64,000 bases of DNA from Halarcobacter sp. (GTDB lineage: Bacteria; Campylobacterota; Campylobacteria; Campylobacterales; Arcobacteraceae), in contig CP182352.1 in assembly GCA_048571215.1 (NCBI GenBank), positions 1,696,001 through 1,760,000 of the forward strand, written 5' to 3'. The notes beneath the pieces were generated by a model that was given only the letters and a program-made list of their open reading frames with translations, was not told the origin of the DNA and searched no databases. Numbering within the stretch: the first letter of the stretch is position 1; each line of letters starts with the position of its first letter. Of this stretch, positions 41,649 to 53,036 are shown in pieces. A program made the translations under genes and the position numbers.

Positions 41649-42335
41649 ATGGATTATTTTGAAGAATGGGTTGAACTTGACCTAAACCCTGTAATTTCAT
41701 TTTCTTCCGCTGGGAAGTTAGTTTACTCAAATCAAGAAGCTCAATTTCTACTTAGTAGAATTAAACAAAAAGAGCTTTTTGATTTGGCTTTAAAATATGC
41801 TCCTCAAACCTTTGGTATTGAGACATCATATATTGATTTAAATATTAAAAATTACTCTTTTTATGCTATTACAGTAAGGTATCATGATGAAGATGAGATT
41901 CATATGAAGCTTTATAAAAGTGCTATGGTTAAGAAGAAATCCCAACTTAGTACAGAGAATACTAATATTACAAATATATTCACCCTTGTTGACTTAGCAA
42001 TATCTACTAAAAAAATAAAATCAAAAGCAAAGTTTATAAAAAACTACGATCCATCTATTCCTGAGTTTAAAATAAATGCTAGTGAGTTTATAAAAGCTCT
42101 AAATCTTATTTATGATACCTTTGAAAACTCTGAGATGCTTACAACATCAGTTATATTAAAAATTGGTGAATATATAAAAATAAACAATAAGAAACACTCT
42201 ATTATAAGTGTAGATGTTTTTTCTAGCACTAAATGTTCAACAGAATCTTTTACTTATAAAGATGAAAATGCTTCATTTATAGTTACAAAAGATGAAGATA
42301 AGATAACTATTGACTTGCCTCTTCTTTTAAAATAG
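41649..42335 (+). CDS. Hypothetical protein
   Basis: 228-aa ORF immediately after rpoD. Confidence 0.75.
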   Translation: MDYFEEWVELDLNPVISFSSAGKLVYSNQEAQFLLSRIKQKELFDLALKYAPQTFGIETSYIDLNIKNYSFYAITVRYHDEDEIHMKLYKSAMVKKKSQLSTENTNITNIFTLVDLAISTKKIKSKAKFIKNYDPSIPEFKINASEFIKALNLIYDTFENSEMLTTSVILKIGEYIKINNKKHSIISVDVFSSTKCSTESFTYKDENASFIVTKDEDKITIDLPLLLK

Positions 42336-42942
42336 CTTTTGAAACAATCACAGAAATAGGAACAACTGCCAATCCAACTAAAAAAGGGATTGGTAGAAAA
42401 AGCTTATTGTTATTTAAAGCAAAAAATCCAAGTATTAAAAAACCATATCCAAGTATTCTATAAATAGAAACAAAACCTGTAGCAGAAAAGATTGTATTTT
42501 TAAAAGAATCTTTTTTTACTTTTGATTTCTCTTCATTTATTATCTCTTTTATCTTTTCAGGAGTTAACTGCTCTTCGGGAATCTCTTCATATTCAGTATA
42601 TAAATCATATGGATCATCTATCTCATCAACTTTATCTCTATCTTCACTACTATTTACCTTAGAGCTGTCAAAATTAGAGAGTCTATTTTGAATATTTTTT
42701 CTATAAGATAAAAAAGAAGTAATAGTTACAAATAAAGAACCTAAAAATGCAATTTGTGTATTTAGAAGCCATAAAGAATCATAAACTATCAAAGCAAATA
42801 TAGCTAAAGCTATATCTACTATTAAAAATATTTTCCCGAAAGAAACAATTGTATTTTTAGTCCTCATCATCTTCTTTATCGTAAGAGTTATCTCCATATT
42901 TTGCTCTGTGAGAATATCTTGGGTCATTTTCCATCCCCTCAA
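42307..42942 (-). CDS. Hypothetical membrane protein (start uncertain)
   Basis: Four TM segments; downstream of the AtpZ/AtpI-like gene. Confidence 0.7.
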   Translation of the reverse strand: MRGWKMTQDILTEQNMEITLTIKKMMRTKNTIVSFGKIFLIVDIALAIFALIVYDSLWLLNTQIAFLGSLFVTITSFLSYRKNIQNRLSNFDSSKVNSSEDRDKVDEIDDPYDLYTEYEEIPEEQLTPEKIKEIINEEKSKVKKDSFKNTIFSATGFVSIYRILGYGFLILGFFALNNNKLFLPIPFLVGLAVVPISVIVSKAILKEEASQ

Positions 42943-43174
42943 ACTCTTTTTGAGCTCTTTTGTAAGCCTTGTATATATTTAATCCAGCCGCAGCTATTCC
43001 CCAAAAGAGACCAAGCCAAAGTGTCCAGTTATATCCTGTTAAAACTTTTAATCCATAACCAATACCAAAACCTATTAAAACAGCAGCAACCATAGATATA
43101 CCTAATGACAGGTTATCTAATGCTACAAGTTTTGCTCTATGCTTTGGTTCAGTTATATTATTTTTATTTTCCAT
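42857..43174 (-). CDS. AtpZ/AtpI family membrane protein
   Basis: LSLGISMVAAVLIGFGIG and GLFWGIAAA two-TM pattern. Confidence 0.8.
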   Translation of the reverse strand: MENKNNITEPKHRAKLVALDNLSLGISMVAAVLIGFGIGYGLKVLTGYNWTLWLGLFWGIAAAGLNIYKAYKRAQKEFEGMENDPRYSHRAKYGDNSYDKEDDED

Positions 43175-43183
43175 AATAACCTA

Positions 43184-43504
43184 CTAATTTAAATAAGTAC
43201 AACAGTAATCTGTAATCTCATCAACTTTTATTTCAAAGCTAGAGTTTGCAGGTACATCAAAAGAATCTCCAGTTTTAAAAGTTTCCCAGTTACTTTCCAT
43301 TCCTGAAAATAAAACTTCAACTTTACCTGAAAGTATCTCCATATTTTCTGCTGCTTTTGTACCAAAAGTGTATTCTCCTGGCAACATTATTCCAAGTGAT
43401 CTAATAACACCCTCTTGGTCTGTATAATTTCTACTTGTAACTTTTCCATCAAAGTAGATATTTGCTTTTTTTAGTAAATCTACATTTTTCTCAATCAAAC
43501 TCAT
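43184..43504 (-). CDS. ppnP: Pyrimidine/purine nucleoside phosphorylase (DUF1255)
   Basis: NIYFDGKVTS, GEYTFGT and FDVPANSSF motifs. Confidence 0.9.
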   Translation of the reverse strand: MSLIEKNVDLLKKANIYFDGKVTSRNYTDQEGVIRSLGIMLPGEYTFGTKAAENMEILSGKVEVLFSGMESNWETFKTGDSFDVPANSSFEIKVDEITDYCCTYLN

Positions 43505-43513
43505 AGTTATTCC

Positions 43514-44797
43514 TTATAAATTTTTCATAACTTCATTAGCTGCAGCAATACACTCATCAATCATCTCATCACTTATTACTGTTGACATAAATCCAAGTTC
43601 ATAAGCAGAACAAGCAAAATAAAAACCTTTTTTTATCATTTCGCTATGAAATTTAGTAAATCTATCAATATTAGAAAATTCTCCTACTTCTTTAAAATTT
43701 GTAGGCATTTTATTGGCAAAAAAGAATCCAAACATACTACCTCTAGTATCAACTTCTAATTCTATACCATTTTTATTTGCTACTTCTTTTAATCCATTAA
43801 CTAATTTTTTAGATTTTCTCTCTAACTCATCATAAATAGACGGATTTGCCTTTAATTTTTTTAAACTTGTAAGACCTGCTGCCATAGCAACAGGATTACC
43901 ACTTAAAGTACCTGCTTGATAAATAGCTCCATTTGGTGAAAGTTGTTCCATGATTTCACTACTTGATGCAAATGCACCAACTGGCATACCAGCTCCAATA
44001 ACTTTTCCAAAGGTGATAATATCACTTTTTGTTTTAACAACACCATGAGCTCCAGTTAAAGATGCTCTAAATCCAGACATAACTTCATCAAAAATCAATA
44101 AAGCACCATTTTCATCACAAAGTCTTCTACACTCTTTTAAAAACTCTTCTGTTGCTGGTACCAATCCCATATTTCCTGCTATTGGTTCAATTATAATACA
44201 AGATATATCATTTGAATCCTCAAAACACTTTTTTAAGTTTTCAATATTATTATACTCACAAACTAAAGTATGTTTTGTTAAATCAGAAGGAACTCCTGGA
44301 GAGCTTGGACTTCCAAATGTAGCCATACCAGAACCAGCTTGAACCAATAAAGAATCAGAATGTCCATGATAACACCCTTCAAACTTTACAATATCACTTT
44401 TACCTGTAACACCTCTTGCTAATCTAATAGCAGACATTGTTGCTTCTGTTCCAGAACTTACAAATCTTACTTTCTCAATATTATCATACATATCAACTAT
44501 TTCTTCAGCTAGCTGTGTTTCAAGAACTGTAGGTGCACCAAATGATAAACCTTTTTTACTAGTTTCAATAACTGCATCTTCAATATCTTTGTCACAATGA
44601 CCAAAAATAAGTGGTCCCCAACTTTGTACAAAATCTAAATATTTATTTCCATCAACATCAATTAAGTATGCACCCTCACCTTTTTCAATAAACGGAGGTG
44701 TTCCACCTACACTAGTAAAGGCTCTTACAGGAGAATCAACCCCTCCTGGAATAACTTTTTTTGCATCTTCATAAGCATCAATTGAGTTTTTAAACAT
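43514..44797 (-). CDS. hemL: Glutamate-1-semialdehyde 2,1-aminomutase
   Basis: [18 protein letters not shown] and FGKVIG motifs. Confidence 0.97.
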   Translation of the reverse strand: MFKNSIDAYEDAKKVIPGGVDSPVRAFTSVGGTPPFIEKGEGAYLIDVDGNKYLDFVQSWGPLIFGHCDKDIEDAVIETSKKGLSFGAPTVLETQLAEEIVDMYDNIEKVRFVSSGTEATMSAIRLARGVTGKSDIVKFEGCYHGHSDSLLVQAGSGMATFGSPSSPGVPSDLTKHTLVCEYNNIENLKKCFEDSNDISCIIIEPIAGNMGLVPATEEFLKECRRLCDENGALLIFDEVMSGFRASLTGAHGVVKTKSDIITFGKVIGAGMPVGAFASSSEIMEQLSPNGAIYQAGTLSGNPVAMAAGLTSLKKLKANPSIYDELERKSKKLVNGLKEVANKNGIELEVDTRGSMFGFFFANKMPTNFKEVGEFSNIDRFTKFHSEMIKKGFYFACSAYELGFMSTVISDEMIDECIAAANEVMKNL

Positions 44798-44926
44798 TAT
44801 CTATCCTAACATATCTTAAAATTAAAAGTGGCAATTATACTATAACTTTCTTGATATATAATTTTATTGGCATATTTTAATTTTTTTGCAACTTAAGCAA
44901 AGAAACTTTTTACTATAATTGCATCT

Positions 44927-45709
44927 ATGAGAATAATTATATTTGCTTTTTTAATTTCAATTATTATACATCTTTTACTATTTTCTCCCCTTATAAAAAT
45001 AAAAAAAGATATTAAACAGCCTATATCTACATCAAAGGTTATAGATAAATCAACAGTGCGTTATGTAAAGTTACAACCAAAGCCAAAACCAAAAAAAGTT
45101 GAACAAAAACCAAAAGTTAATACAAAAGTTCCAAAAAAATTTAAAAAAGTTGAACAAAAAAAAGTTGTGCCTCAAAAAAAAGCACCTAAACAAAAAAGTA
45201 AAAAAGTCATACCTAAACCTATAAAACTACCAAAAGAGAAAAAACAACTATTTAAAATAAACAAAGATATAAAACCTGTAGAGAAAAGAAAAACAATAAA
45301 GAAAAAATCTTTAGAAAATTTACTTCTAACAGAACCTATACCTTTAGATAAAAATTTATTAGATGATATTACTAAAAGTTATGTAAAACTTTATGGTCAA
45401 GAGTATAATTCTATGACCAAAATACAAAAGGTTTTTATACAAAGTAAAATAAAAGATATAGTTGAAATCACAAGACAATACTATAGATTTCCAAGAATTG
45501 CTATAAAATTAAGAAAAAATGATTTTAATATTGTAGAGTTTAAACTTCATCCAAATGGTGATATTAGTGATTTGAAAATAGTACAAAAAGGGGAATACTC
45601 TTTTTATGACAAATCTATTATTGAGGCGATTGAGATAGCTTATAAAGACTATCCAAGACCTAAGGAAACAACTAAAATAAAATTTTATTTAACCTATACT
45701 ATATATTAA
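44927..45709 (+). CDS. TonB-like energy transducer
   Basis: N-terminal TM with S..IH; Lys/Pro-rich linker; C-terminal domain. Confidence 0.75.
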   Translation: MRIIIFAFLISIIIHLLLFSPLIKIKKDIKQPISTSKVIDKSTVRYVKLQPKPKPKKVEQKPKVNTKVPKKFKKVEQKKVVPQKKAPKQKSKKVIPKPIKLPKEKKQLFKINKDIKPVEKRKTIKKKSLENLLLTEPIPLDKNLLDDITKSYVKLYGQEYNSMTKIQKVFIQSKIKDIVEITRQYYRFPRIAIKLRKNDFNIVEFKLHPNGDISDLKIVQKGEYSFYDKSIIEAIEIAYKDYPRPKETTKIKFYLTYTIY

Positions 45710-45774
45710 ATTTACACTATTTTAACAATAAACTAAGTAGAATTACAAAATTTTATAATATTTCAGGAAATTTA

Positions 45775-46710
45775 ATGCTAACAGATAAAATAAGAAATAA
45801 ACAAAGTGGAATTATATTATATGGGATTACACCACCTAAAGTAAATCATAATGAAGAAGAGATAAAAGATATAGCTAAAAAACATATTGAGAGAATATCA
45901 AAGTTAAATGTGGATGGTTTAGTACTTTATGATATCCAAGATGAATCAGATAGGACAGATGAAAAAAGACCTTTCCCATTTATAAAAACTTTAGACCCTT
46001 GTGAATATTCTCATAACTATCTCCAAGAGTTAAAAACTCCAAGAATAGTATATAGAGCTGTAGGAAACTATACTACTCAAACCTTTACAAAATGGCTAGA
46101 ATTTACAAAAGAGGATGGACAACAAGTTCATTCAGTATTTGTAGGGGCTGCATCTCACGAACAAAAAAATCCATTAACTTTAAAAGAAGCCTATGTCCTA
46201 AAAAGAGAAGTAAATAACAATCTATGTTTAGGTGGTATTGCCATACCTGAAAGACATACAAAAAAACACGATGAACACCTAAGAGTATTTTCTAAAAAAA
46301 ACAACACGTGTGAATTTTTTATAACCCAATGTGTATATGACTTAGAAGCTGCCAAAGTGTTTTTAACAGATTATGCAAAATATGCAAAAGAAAACAACTA
46401 TGAAATGGTTCCAATCATTTTCACTCTAACCCCTTGTGGTAGTATAAAAACCTTAGATTTTATGAAATGGTTAGGAATAAGTATACCAAACTATTTAGAA
46501 GAGGATTTAAAAGAATCAGGTGATATTTTACATGAATCAGTGAAACTTTCAAGAGATATTTTTGAAGAGCTTTACACCTTTGGTTTAAAAAAAGGTATTC
46601 CAATTGGATGTAATGTTGAAAGTGTTGCCATACGAAAAACAGAAATTGAAGCTTCAGTTGAACTTTTAGGAGAAGTAAAAGAAATAATAAAAAATCATTC
46701 AGAGCATTAA
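45775..46710 (+). CDS. Methylenetetrahydrofolate reductase-like FAD oxidoreductase
   Basis: YDIQDE, GGIAIPERH, FFITQ and FMKWLG motifs. Confidence 0.8.
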   Translation: MLTDKIRNKQSGIILYGITPPKVNHNEEEIKDIAKKHIERISKLNVDGLVLYDIQDESDRTDEKRPFPFIKTLDPCEYSHNYLQELKTPRIVYRAVGNYTTQTFTKWLEFTKEDGQQVHSVFVGAASHEQKNPLTLKEAYVLKREVNNNLCLGGIAIPERHTKKHDEHLRVFSKKNNTCEFFITQCVYDLEAAKVFLTDYAKYAKENNYEMVPIIFTLTPCGSIKTLDFMKWLGISIPNYLEEDLKESGDILHESVKLSRDIFEELYTFGLKKGIPIGCNVESVAIRKTEIEASVELLGEVKEIIKNHSEH

Positions 46711-46774
46711 ACTATTCCATTCTTTATTTTATTAAGATATACTAGTTTCTGTAAATAAAAATAAAGGAAACAAT

Positions 46775-46936
46775 ATCGCAAAAACAAACTATTCTTATGA
46801 AAAACGGGGTCGAGAGATAGAAAAGCAGAAGAAAAAAGAAGAAAAGCGTATGAAAAAGCTAGCACAAAAAGAGGATAAAAAACTTGATGAATCAGAAGAG
46901 AATCAAGAACTTAAAGATTCTGCAGTTGATAAATAA
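46775..46936 (+). CDS. Small charged protein with apparent ATC start (absent from ORF track)
   Basis: AAGGA RBS, then ATC-AKTNYSYEKRGREIEKQKKKEEKR...; 53 codons. Confidence 0.55.
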   Translation: MAKTNYSYEKRGREIEKQKKKEEKRMKKLAQKEDKKLDESEENQELKDSAVDK

Positions 46937-46994
46937 AGTCTAGTAATACGCAAAAAGTGAGATAGAAAACACTTAACTATCTCAACTTATAAAA

Positions 46995-47846
46995 CTACTT
47001 TACAGTAGCCAAAACTAACTCTCTAAGTGTTTTACAGGCAACTGCTGTAGAAACTCCACTTGCATCATATTTTGGACTAAGTTCCACCACATCCATTCCA
47101 ACTACATTTTCTAATTTACTTAAACTTTTAATTATATTCATCATATCATGAAAATCTATTCCACCTGGTTCTGGTGTCCCTGTACCAGGCATTACTGAAG
47201 GGTCTAATACATCTAAATCTATTGTAATATATACAGGTTTATCTTTTAATCTTCTAACACAAGATTCTAAGGTATTATATGTAAATTTTTCTAAGTGAGT
47301 ATGTTTTTTTGCCCAAATAAACTCCTCTTTTAGTCCACTTCTTATACAAAATTGATTTATTTTACCATCACCTACTTGGTCATATATTCTTCTTAAAACA
47401 GTAGCATGACTTAAGGCCTCACCTAAATAATCCTCTCTTAAGTCTGTATGGGCATCAAAATGAATAATGTTTAAATCATCATATTTTTTACTAAGTGCTT
47501 TTACAGGAGCTAAAGATACTAAATGCTCTCCCCCTATCATAATTGGAATTTTTCCAGCATCTATAATCTCTTGTACTTTTTCTTGAATCATTCTAAGTGC
47601 TGTTTTTTTATCCCCAAAAGGTAATTCTAAATTACCATAATCAAAAAGTTTTAAATCCTCTAAATCCCTATCTAGATATGGACTAAAACTCTCTATTGCC
47701 CATGAGTCTTCTCTCATTGCGCTTGGTGCAAATCTTGCTCCTGGTTTAAAAGATGTTGTCCCATCAAAAGGTGCTCCAAATAGTACAGCTTGTGATTCTT
47801 TAAAATCATCTTCAAAACCTATAAAACAACTACTTTGTGCTTCCAC
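46995..47846 (-). CDS. speB: Agmatinase
   Basis: GGEH, DAHTD, DLDVLDP and GTGTPEPGG motifs. Confidence 0.93.
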   Translation of the reverse strand: MEAQSSCFIGFEDDFKESQAVLFGAPFDGTTSFKPGARFAPSAMREDSWAIESFSPYLDRDLEDLKLFDYGNLELPFGDKKTALRMIQEKVQEIIDAGKIPIMIGGEHLVSLAPVKALSKKYDDLNIIHFDAHTDLREDYLGEALSHATVLRRIYDQVGDGKINQFCIRSGLKEEFIWAKKHTHLEKFTYNTLESCVRRLKDKPVYITIDLDVLDPSVMPGTGTPEPGGIDFHDMMNIIKSLSKLENVVGMDVVELSPKYDASGVSTAVACKTLRELVLATVK

Positions 47847-47848
47847 TT

Positions 47849-48955
47849 CTATAATCTCCTTTCGAAACTATACATATGCATATATCTAAATGCCACAAGA
47901 TTTTCTAAAATAGCAAATAGAACTATAAAATTTATAAACGAACTTCCCCCATATGAAAACATGGGTAATGGAAGTCCAACAACAGGAGCATAACCTATAA
48001 CCATCAAGATATTTACACTCATATTAAAAAATATCAATAGTCCCAATCCGGAGGCAAAGGTACGAATAACATAATCATCATGAAAAAAATAATTCATGGA
48101 TAGAAGATGAAATATTATCAAACCATAAATAAAAATCAAGCCTAAGGCACCTAAAAAACCATGTCTTTCTACAAAATATGCAAAAATAAAATCACTTGTT
48201 GCTATTGGTAAAAACTTTAATTGAGTTTGGGTAGCATCCTCTACATCTTTTCCTGTAACTCCACCATTACCAATGGCAATAATTGATTGTTGAACTTGAT
48301 AACTAGGCTTTTCTGATAAAAAATCTGATATTCTTTTCTTTTGATAATCTTTAATTAAATTAGTATATATCAAAGGGGATGCAAATAGTATAATAATTAA
48401 AATAGTTGTCCAAATTCGCCAATTTACCCCAATTATAAATAAAATACCATATCCCACTAACAATAACACCAAAGCAGTACCTAAATCTGGCTCTTTTGCT
48501 ATTAGAATAAAGGGTAAAACTATATAAAAAGAGTAAAAAAGAAAATCTTTTAACTCATAACCGGTTTTTTCAGGAGGATTATTTTGTATCAAATACCCTA
48601 ACATCAATATAAATACTGGTTTAAAAAGTTCACTTGGTTGTATAGTTAAACCCACATAAGGAATGCTTAACCATCTCTTAGCCCCAAGTTTTGTTACTCC
48701 CCAAAACTCTACTGCTATAAGCAAAAACACCCCAATCCAATAAAGTATTGGTATTATCCTTATATTCCTTCTAAGGGGAAAAAGAAAAACTATAACAAAG
48801 GCAATTGCCGAAATTGTAAAATATAATAATTGTTTATTAGCTAAATTATCACTTGTTTCACCAATTAAATTATGTGATAATAAAATTAATGGTAAAATAA
48901 ATATAATAATCAAATAATCAAAATGAGATATAATTCTTTTGTCAAATAAATACAT
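47849..48955 (-). CDS. rodA: SEDS family rod shape-determining protein
   Basis: GAKRW, QPSE, EPDLGT and PLPMFSYGGSS motifs. Confidence 0.9.
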   Translation of the reverse strand: MYLFDKRIISHFDYLIIIFILPLILLSHNLIGETSDNLANKQLLYFTISAIAFVIVFLFPLRRNIRIIPILYWIGVFLLIAVEFWGVTKLGAKRWLSIPYVGLTIQPSELFKPVFILMLGYLIQNNPPEKTGYELKDFLFYSFYIVLPFILIAKEPDLGTALVLLLVGYGILFIIGVNWRIWTTILIIILFASPLIYTNLIKDYQKKRISDFLSEKPSYQVQQSIIAIGNGGVTGKDVEDATQTQLKFLPIATSDFIFAYFVERHGFLGALGLIFIYGLIIFHLLSMNYFFHDDYVIRTFASGLGLLIFFNMSVNILMVIGYAPVVGLPLPMFSYGGSSFINFIVLFAILENLVAFRYMHMYSFERRL

Positions 48956-48974
48956 AGTGAAAGAGTACCAAAAT

Positions 48975-49949
48975 ATGTATAAAAATTTTATTGTTTTTAC
49001 CCCAAATAGATTAGATAAATTTTTAGCCGAAAATTTAAGTGAGTCAAGGAACCAAATAGAGCAACTTATAAAAAAAGGTTTTGTAAAAGTTGATGGAAAG
49101 GTTTCTTCAAAAACTGGCTTAAAATTAAAAGAAGATCAAGAGATTTTAGTTGAATTTCCCCAAGTTATTCCAAAAGAAGTAAAAGTTAAGGAAGATTTAA
49201 AAGATATAGATGTTGAAATAATATACGAAGATGATGAAATATTAGTTATCAATAAGCCTTATAATCTTACAGTTCATGATGCACCAAGCGTAAAAGATGC
49301 CACTTTAGTGGATTGGCTAAAACAAAAAAACATCTCCTTGTCAACTATAAGTGGAGATGAAAGACATGGTATAGTTCATAGACTAGATAAAGGAACTAGT
49401 GGGGTCATGGTTGTAGCTAAAACCAATGAAGCCCATGTTCACTTAGCAAAACAACTTGAAGTAAAAAGTATGGGAAGATATTATTTAGCTATAATTGATA
49501 TGCCCTTAAAAGATAACCTGATTGTAGAAAAACCAATTGGTAGAAATCCAAACAATAGATTAAAAATGGCAATTGTACAAAATGCAAGATATGCAAAATC
49601 TGCATTTTCTAAATTGATATTTTCTAAAGATGAAAAATATGAGCTAATTTCTTGTAAACTCTTTACAGGAAGAACTCATCAGATAAGAGTTCATCTAAGT
49701 TCGATAAATAGGCATATTTTAGGGGATAATTTATATGGTTTTAAGGGCGAATTAAATAAAATAAACAGATTTTATTTACATGCATATATACTTTATTTAA
49801 CCCATCCGAAAACAAAGAAACAAATGAGTTTTCGTGCAAACCTTGCACCAGATATGCATGAGTTTTTATGTAAAAATTTTAATATGGAGATTGTAAATGA
49901 CAAAATTGATAAAACTAATATCTTTGATAGCTTTAATTTTACTAGTTAG
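48975..49949 (+). CDS. RluA/RluD family pseudouridine synthase
   Basis: S4-like N-terminus; VHRLDKGTSG and TGRTHQIRVH motifs. Confidence 0.93.
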   Translation: MYKNFIVFTPNRLDKFLAENLSESRNQIEQLIKKGFVKVDGKVSSKTGLKLKEDQEILVEFPQVIPKEVKVKEDLKDIDVEIIYEDDEILVINKPYNLTVHDAPSVKDATLVDWLKQKNISLSTISGDERHGIVHRLDKGTSGVMVVAKTNEAHVHLAKQLEVKSMGRYYLAIIDMPLKDNLIVEKPIGRNPNNRLKMAIVQNARYAKSAFSKLIFSKDEKYELISCKLFTGRTHQIRVHLSSINRHILGDNLYGFKGELNKINRFYLHAYILYLTHPKTKKQMSFRANLAPDMHEFLCKNFNMEIVNDKIDKTNIFDSFNFTS

Positions 49950-51177
49950 TGGTTGTGCCTATAAAGATGGTTTAATAAAAGTAGAAAAACCAAAAATTGA
50001 TGAGACTCTTGAAGTTGTTGATTCTAGCTCGATTAGGTCTATTTCAGATGTAAATGCAATCGCTTTTGAGTGGAGAAAAGTTGATGATCCAAGGGTTGTT
50101 GGATATAATTTTTACAGAGCAAACCTTCAAAAAGATGGTTCAAAACTTATACTAATTGATACCATAAAAAATAGATATACAACCCACTATGTTGATAATG
50201 ATTTAGAAGCAAACACAAAATACGTTTACAAAATTTCATCAGCTACAAAAGGTGAATATGAATCAAGAACAACAAATGATTATGTGACATCTACTCTTCC
50301 AAAAATAGAAGGGGTTAGTTTTATCCAAGCTATTTCAAACCTTCCAAGACAAATTAAAATTATTTGGAGACCACATACAAATGAAAGAATAGAATATTAC
50401 AAAATAGAAAGAAGTTCTCCTGCAACTTCAAAATGGAAAGAGTTAGATACGATAAAAGGTAGATTGCAAGCTGAATATATTGATATGGATTTAGATGATA
50501 ATGTGATTTATAACTACAGAGTTACAGCTATTACTTTTGATGATTTAGAAACACTTCCAAGTGAAATTGTAAAAGCACAAACAAAACCACTTCCAGAAGG
50601 AATTTTAAACCTAAAAGCAACAAATAATTTACCTAGAAAAATAGCACTTCATTGGCAAGCATCACAATCAAGTGATGTTATCAAATATAATATATATAGA
50701 TCAACTTCAATAAATGGTTCTTTTGATAAAATCAAAAGTGTAAGTGCAAATACTTTAGAGTATACGGACTTTATTAATGAAGATGGAAAAAGTTATTTTT
50801 ACAAGGTAAGCTCTCTTGATAAAGATGGTTTGGAAAGTGATTTAAATATTAATGCGACTTTAGGAACAACTTTAGGAAAACTAAATAAACCTATTATCAC
50901 TTTAGCTCAGATTCAAGGGGAAAAAGCAATACTAAATTGGCAACCAGGTGATAGAAGAGCTGTTTCATATATTGTACATAAAACTATAAAAGAGAATTTT
51001 CTAAGCTCAAAAACAATTAAGTTTGAAGGGATTAATGCTCTTAGATTTGAGGATAAAGATATAGTTAGAGGTGTATCATATAGTTATGCAATACAAGCAG
51101 TTGATAAAAATGGTATCCTATCAGAGATAACAAATAAAACTGAACTAATTTTACCAAAACTGAAAGAACAAAATTAA
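49897..51177 (+). CDS. Fibronectin type III domain lipoprotein
   Basis: VSGC lipobox; four FN3-like repeats. Confidence 0.88.
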   Translation: MTKLIKLISLIALILLVSGCAYKDGLIKVEKPKIDETLEVVDSSSIRSISDVNAIAFEWRKVDDPRVVGYNFYRANLQKDGSKLILIDTIKNRYTTHYVDNDLEANTKYVYKISSATKGEYESRTTNDYVTSTLPKIEGVSFIQAISNLPRQIKIIWRPHTNERIEYYKIERSSPATSKWKELDTIKGRLQAEYIDMDLDDNVIYNYRVTAITFDDLETLPSEIVKAQTKPLPEGILNLKATNNLPRKIALHWQASQSSDVIKYNIYRSTSINGSFDKIKSVSANTLEYTDFINEDGKSYFYKVSSLDKDGLESDLNINATLGTTLGKLNKPIITLAQIQGEKAILNWQPGDRRAVSYIVHKTIKENFLSSKTIKFEGINALRFEDKDIVRGVSYSYAIQAVDKNGILSEITNKTELILPKLKEQN

Positions 51178-51180
51178 TAG

Positions 51181-52377
51181 ATGCCGCATATAACTTTCAA
51201 AAAATCAAAAAAAGATTTAATTGTACCATCAGAGTTTGATGGTACAAAATTTAATTTTATGGCAAAATCATATAACTTTACACAAAAAACAAGAATACCT
51301 GAATATAAGATTTGTGTACAAAGGGAAGATAAAACTTTTTTACTAAGCTTAAGAGAAAAAGAGAATAATCTTTTGCTAAAAGCAGACAAAATAACAAGAG
51401 TCACCCCAGTTCAACTTGTAAAAGAAGCAATAAACTCATATATCCAAAGTGTAGATGGTGAAATATTATTTTCAAATACTCAAAACTTTTCTCAAAAAAT
51501 AAAACCAAACAAAAGTTATTTAAAGGATATAGATTATTTTGTCAATGATTTCAAAACAGATAAAGAGATACAAATTGAGATAGGTTTTGGAAGTGGTAGA
51601 CACCTTTTATATCAGGCAAAAAACAATCCCGATATCCAATTTATAGGTTTAGAGATACATACCCCTTCAATAGAACAACTTTTAAAACAACTAGAGATAC
51701 AAAAACTAGATAATATTTTAGTAGTAAATTATGATGCAAGATTATTTATGGAGTTTATTAACTCAAATAAAGTGGGAAGAGTTTTTGTGCATTTCCCAGT
51801 ACCTTGGGATAAAAAACCCCACAGAAGAATCTACTCAAATGGTTTTATAAATGAAGCCTTAAGGGTTTTGAAAATAAATGGTAGTTTAGAACTTAGAACA
51901 GATAGTAGAAAATATTTTGATTATTGTCTTGATTTGTTAACAAATTTAAATAGTGGAAAAATTGAAATAGAGATAAATAAAGATTTGGAAATCTCAAGTA
52001 AATACGAAGATAGATGGAAAAGACAAGGTAAAAATATCTATGATGTTACTCTATTTTGTAACCAAGAGGATGAAGATATAAATTTAGATTATGATTTTAG
52101 TTTTGAAAATATAGTTAACTATACAGAACTAATCAAAACCCTAAGTACAAAAGCTGTTGTAAAAGATGACTATTTTATCCATGTGGAAGACTTATTTATC
52201 ATTGAAGAGAAAGAAAACTCTGGTCTAATTCAAGTCACCTTTGGAAGTTTTGATAGACCCCTTAGCAAATATATTTTAATCCTTGAAGGTAAAGCTTCAT
52301 ATTTCCAAGACCACCCACTACCAACAAGTGCAAATATAAAAGCACATAATCAATTAAAAGAGATGCTAAAAGTATGA
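51181..52377 (+). CDS. trmB: tRNA (guanine-N7)-methyltransferase
   Basis: EIGFGSG, FPVPWDKKPHRR and LRTD motifs. Confidence 0.93.
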   Translation: MPHITFKKSKKDLIVPSEFDGTKFNFMAKSYNFTQKTRIPEYKICVQREDKTFLLSLREKENNLLLKADKITRVTPVQLVKEAINSYIQSVDGEILFSNTQNFSQKIKPNKSYLKDIDYFVNDFKTDKEIQIEIGFGSGRHLLYQAKNNPDIQFIGLEIHTPSIEQLLKQLEIQKLDNILVVNYDARLFMEFINSNKVGRVFVHFPVPWDKKPHRRIYSNGFINEALRVLKINGSLELRTDSRKYFDYCLDLLTNLNSGKIEIEINKDLEISSKYEDRWKRQGKNIYDVTLFCNQEDEDINLDYDFSFENIVNYTELIKTLSTKAVVKDDYFIHVEDLFIIEEKENSGLIQVTFGSFDRPLSKYILILEGKASYFQDHPLPTSANIKAHNQLKEMLKV

Positions 52378-53036
52378 TATTTGCCAAAAATATATATCTT
52401 TCATATGATGAAAATAAATATATTATTAAAAAAGGCAATTTCAATATAAAAGAAAAAGAGTTTGTTTTTATAGGTGGAACAAGTGGTAGTGGTAAATCTA
52501 CCCTACTAAAATCTTTTTATGGTGAAATACCTCTAAAACATGGTGATTTAGTAATTGCTGGACAAAATGTTATGGGGATAAGAGGAAAAGCACTTAGAGT
52601 ACTTAGAAAAGATATAGGTATTATTTTCCAAGATTACAAGCTAATAAAAGAGTGGACTATTGAAGAGAATATTATGATTCCACTTAAAATAAATGGTTAT
52701 TCTAATGATATTTCAAGAGAACAGGCAAATAAATTACTAGCCCATGTGAAACTTGCCCATAGAGCTGGGTACTATCCAAATGAGTTAAGTGGTGGGGAGC
52801 AACAAAGAGTTGCAGTTGCACGTGCCCTTGCACACAATCCAAAGATAATTATTGCTGATGAACCTACAGGAAACCTAGATGATTATTCAGCAGAGGTTGT
52901 TTGGAACTTACTTAAAGGTGCAAATGAACAATTAGGTATTACAGTTGTAGTTGTAACCCATAGGGTTCCTAAAAACTTTGGAATTAGATTTAGACAATTA
53001 TCAATTGAAGATGGAATAATATATGAAGTTTCTTAA
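52374..53036 (+). CDS. ftsE: Cell division ATP-binding protein
   Basis: [20 protein letters not shown] and ADEPTGNLD motifs. Confidence 0.93.
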   Translation: MIFAKNIYLSYDENKYIIKKGNFNIKEKEFVFIGGTSGSGKSTLLKSFYGEIPLKHGDLVIAGQNVMGIRGKALRVLRKDIGIIFQDYKLIKEWTIEENIMIPLKINGYSNDISREQANKLLAHVKLAHRAGYYPNELSGGEQQRVAVARALAHNPKIIIADEPTGNLDDYSAEVVWNLLKGANEQLGITVVVVTHRVPKNFGIRFRQLSIEDGIIYEVS

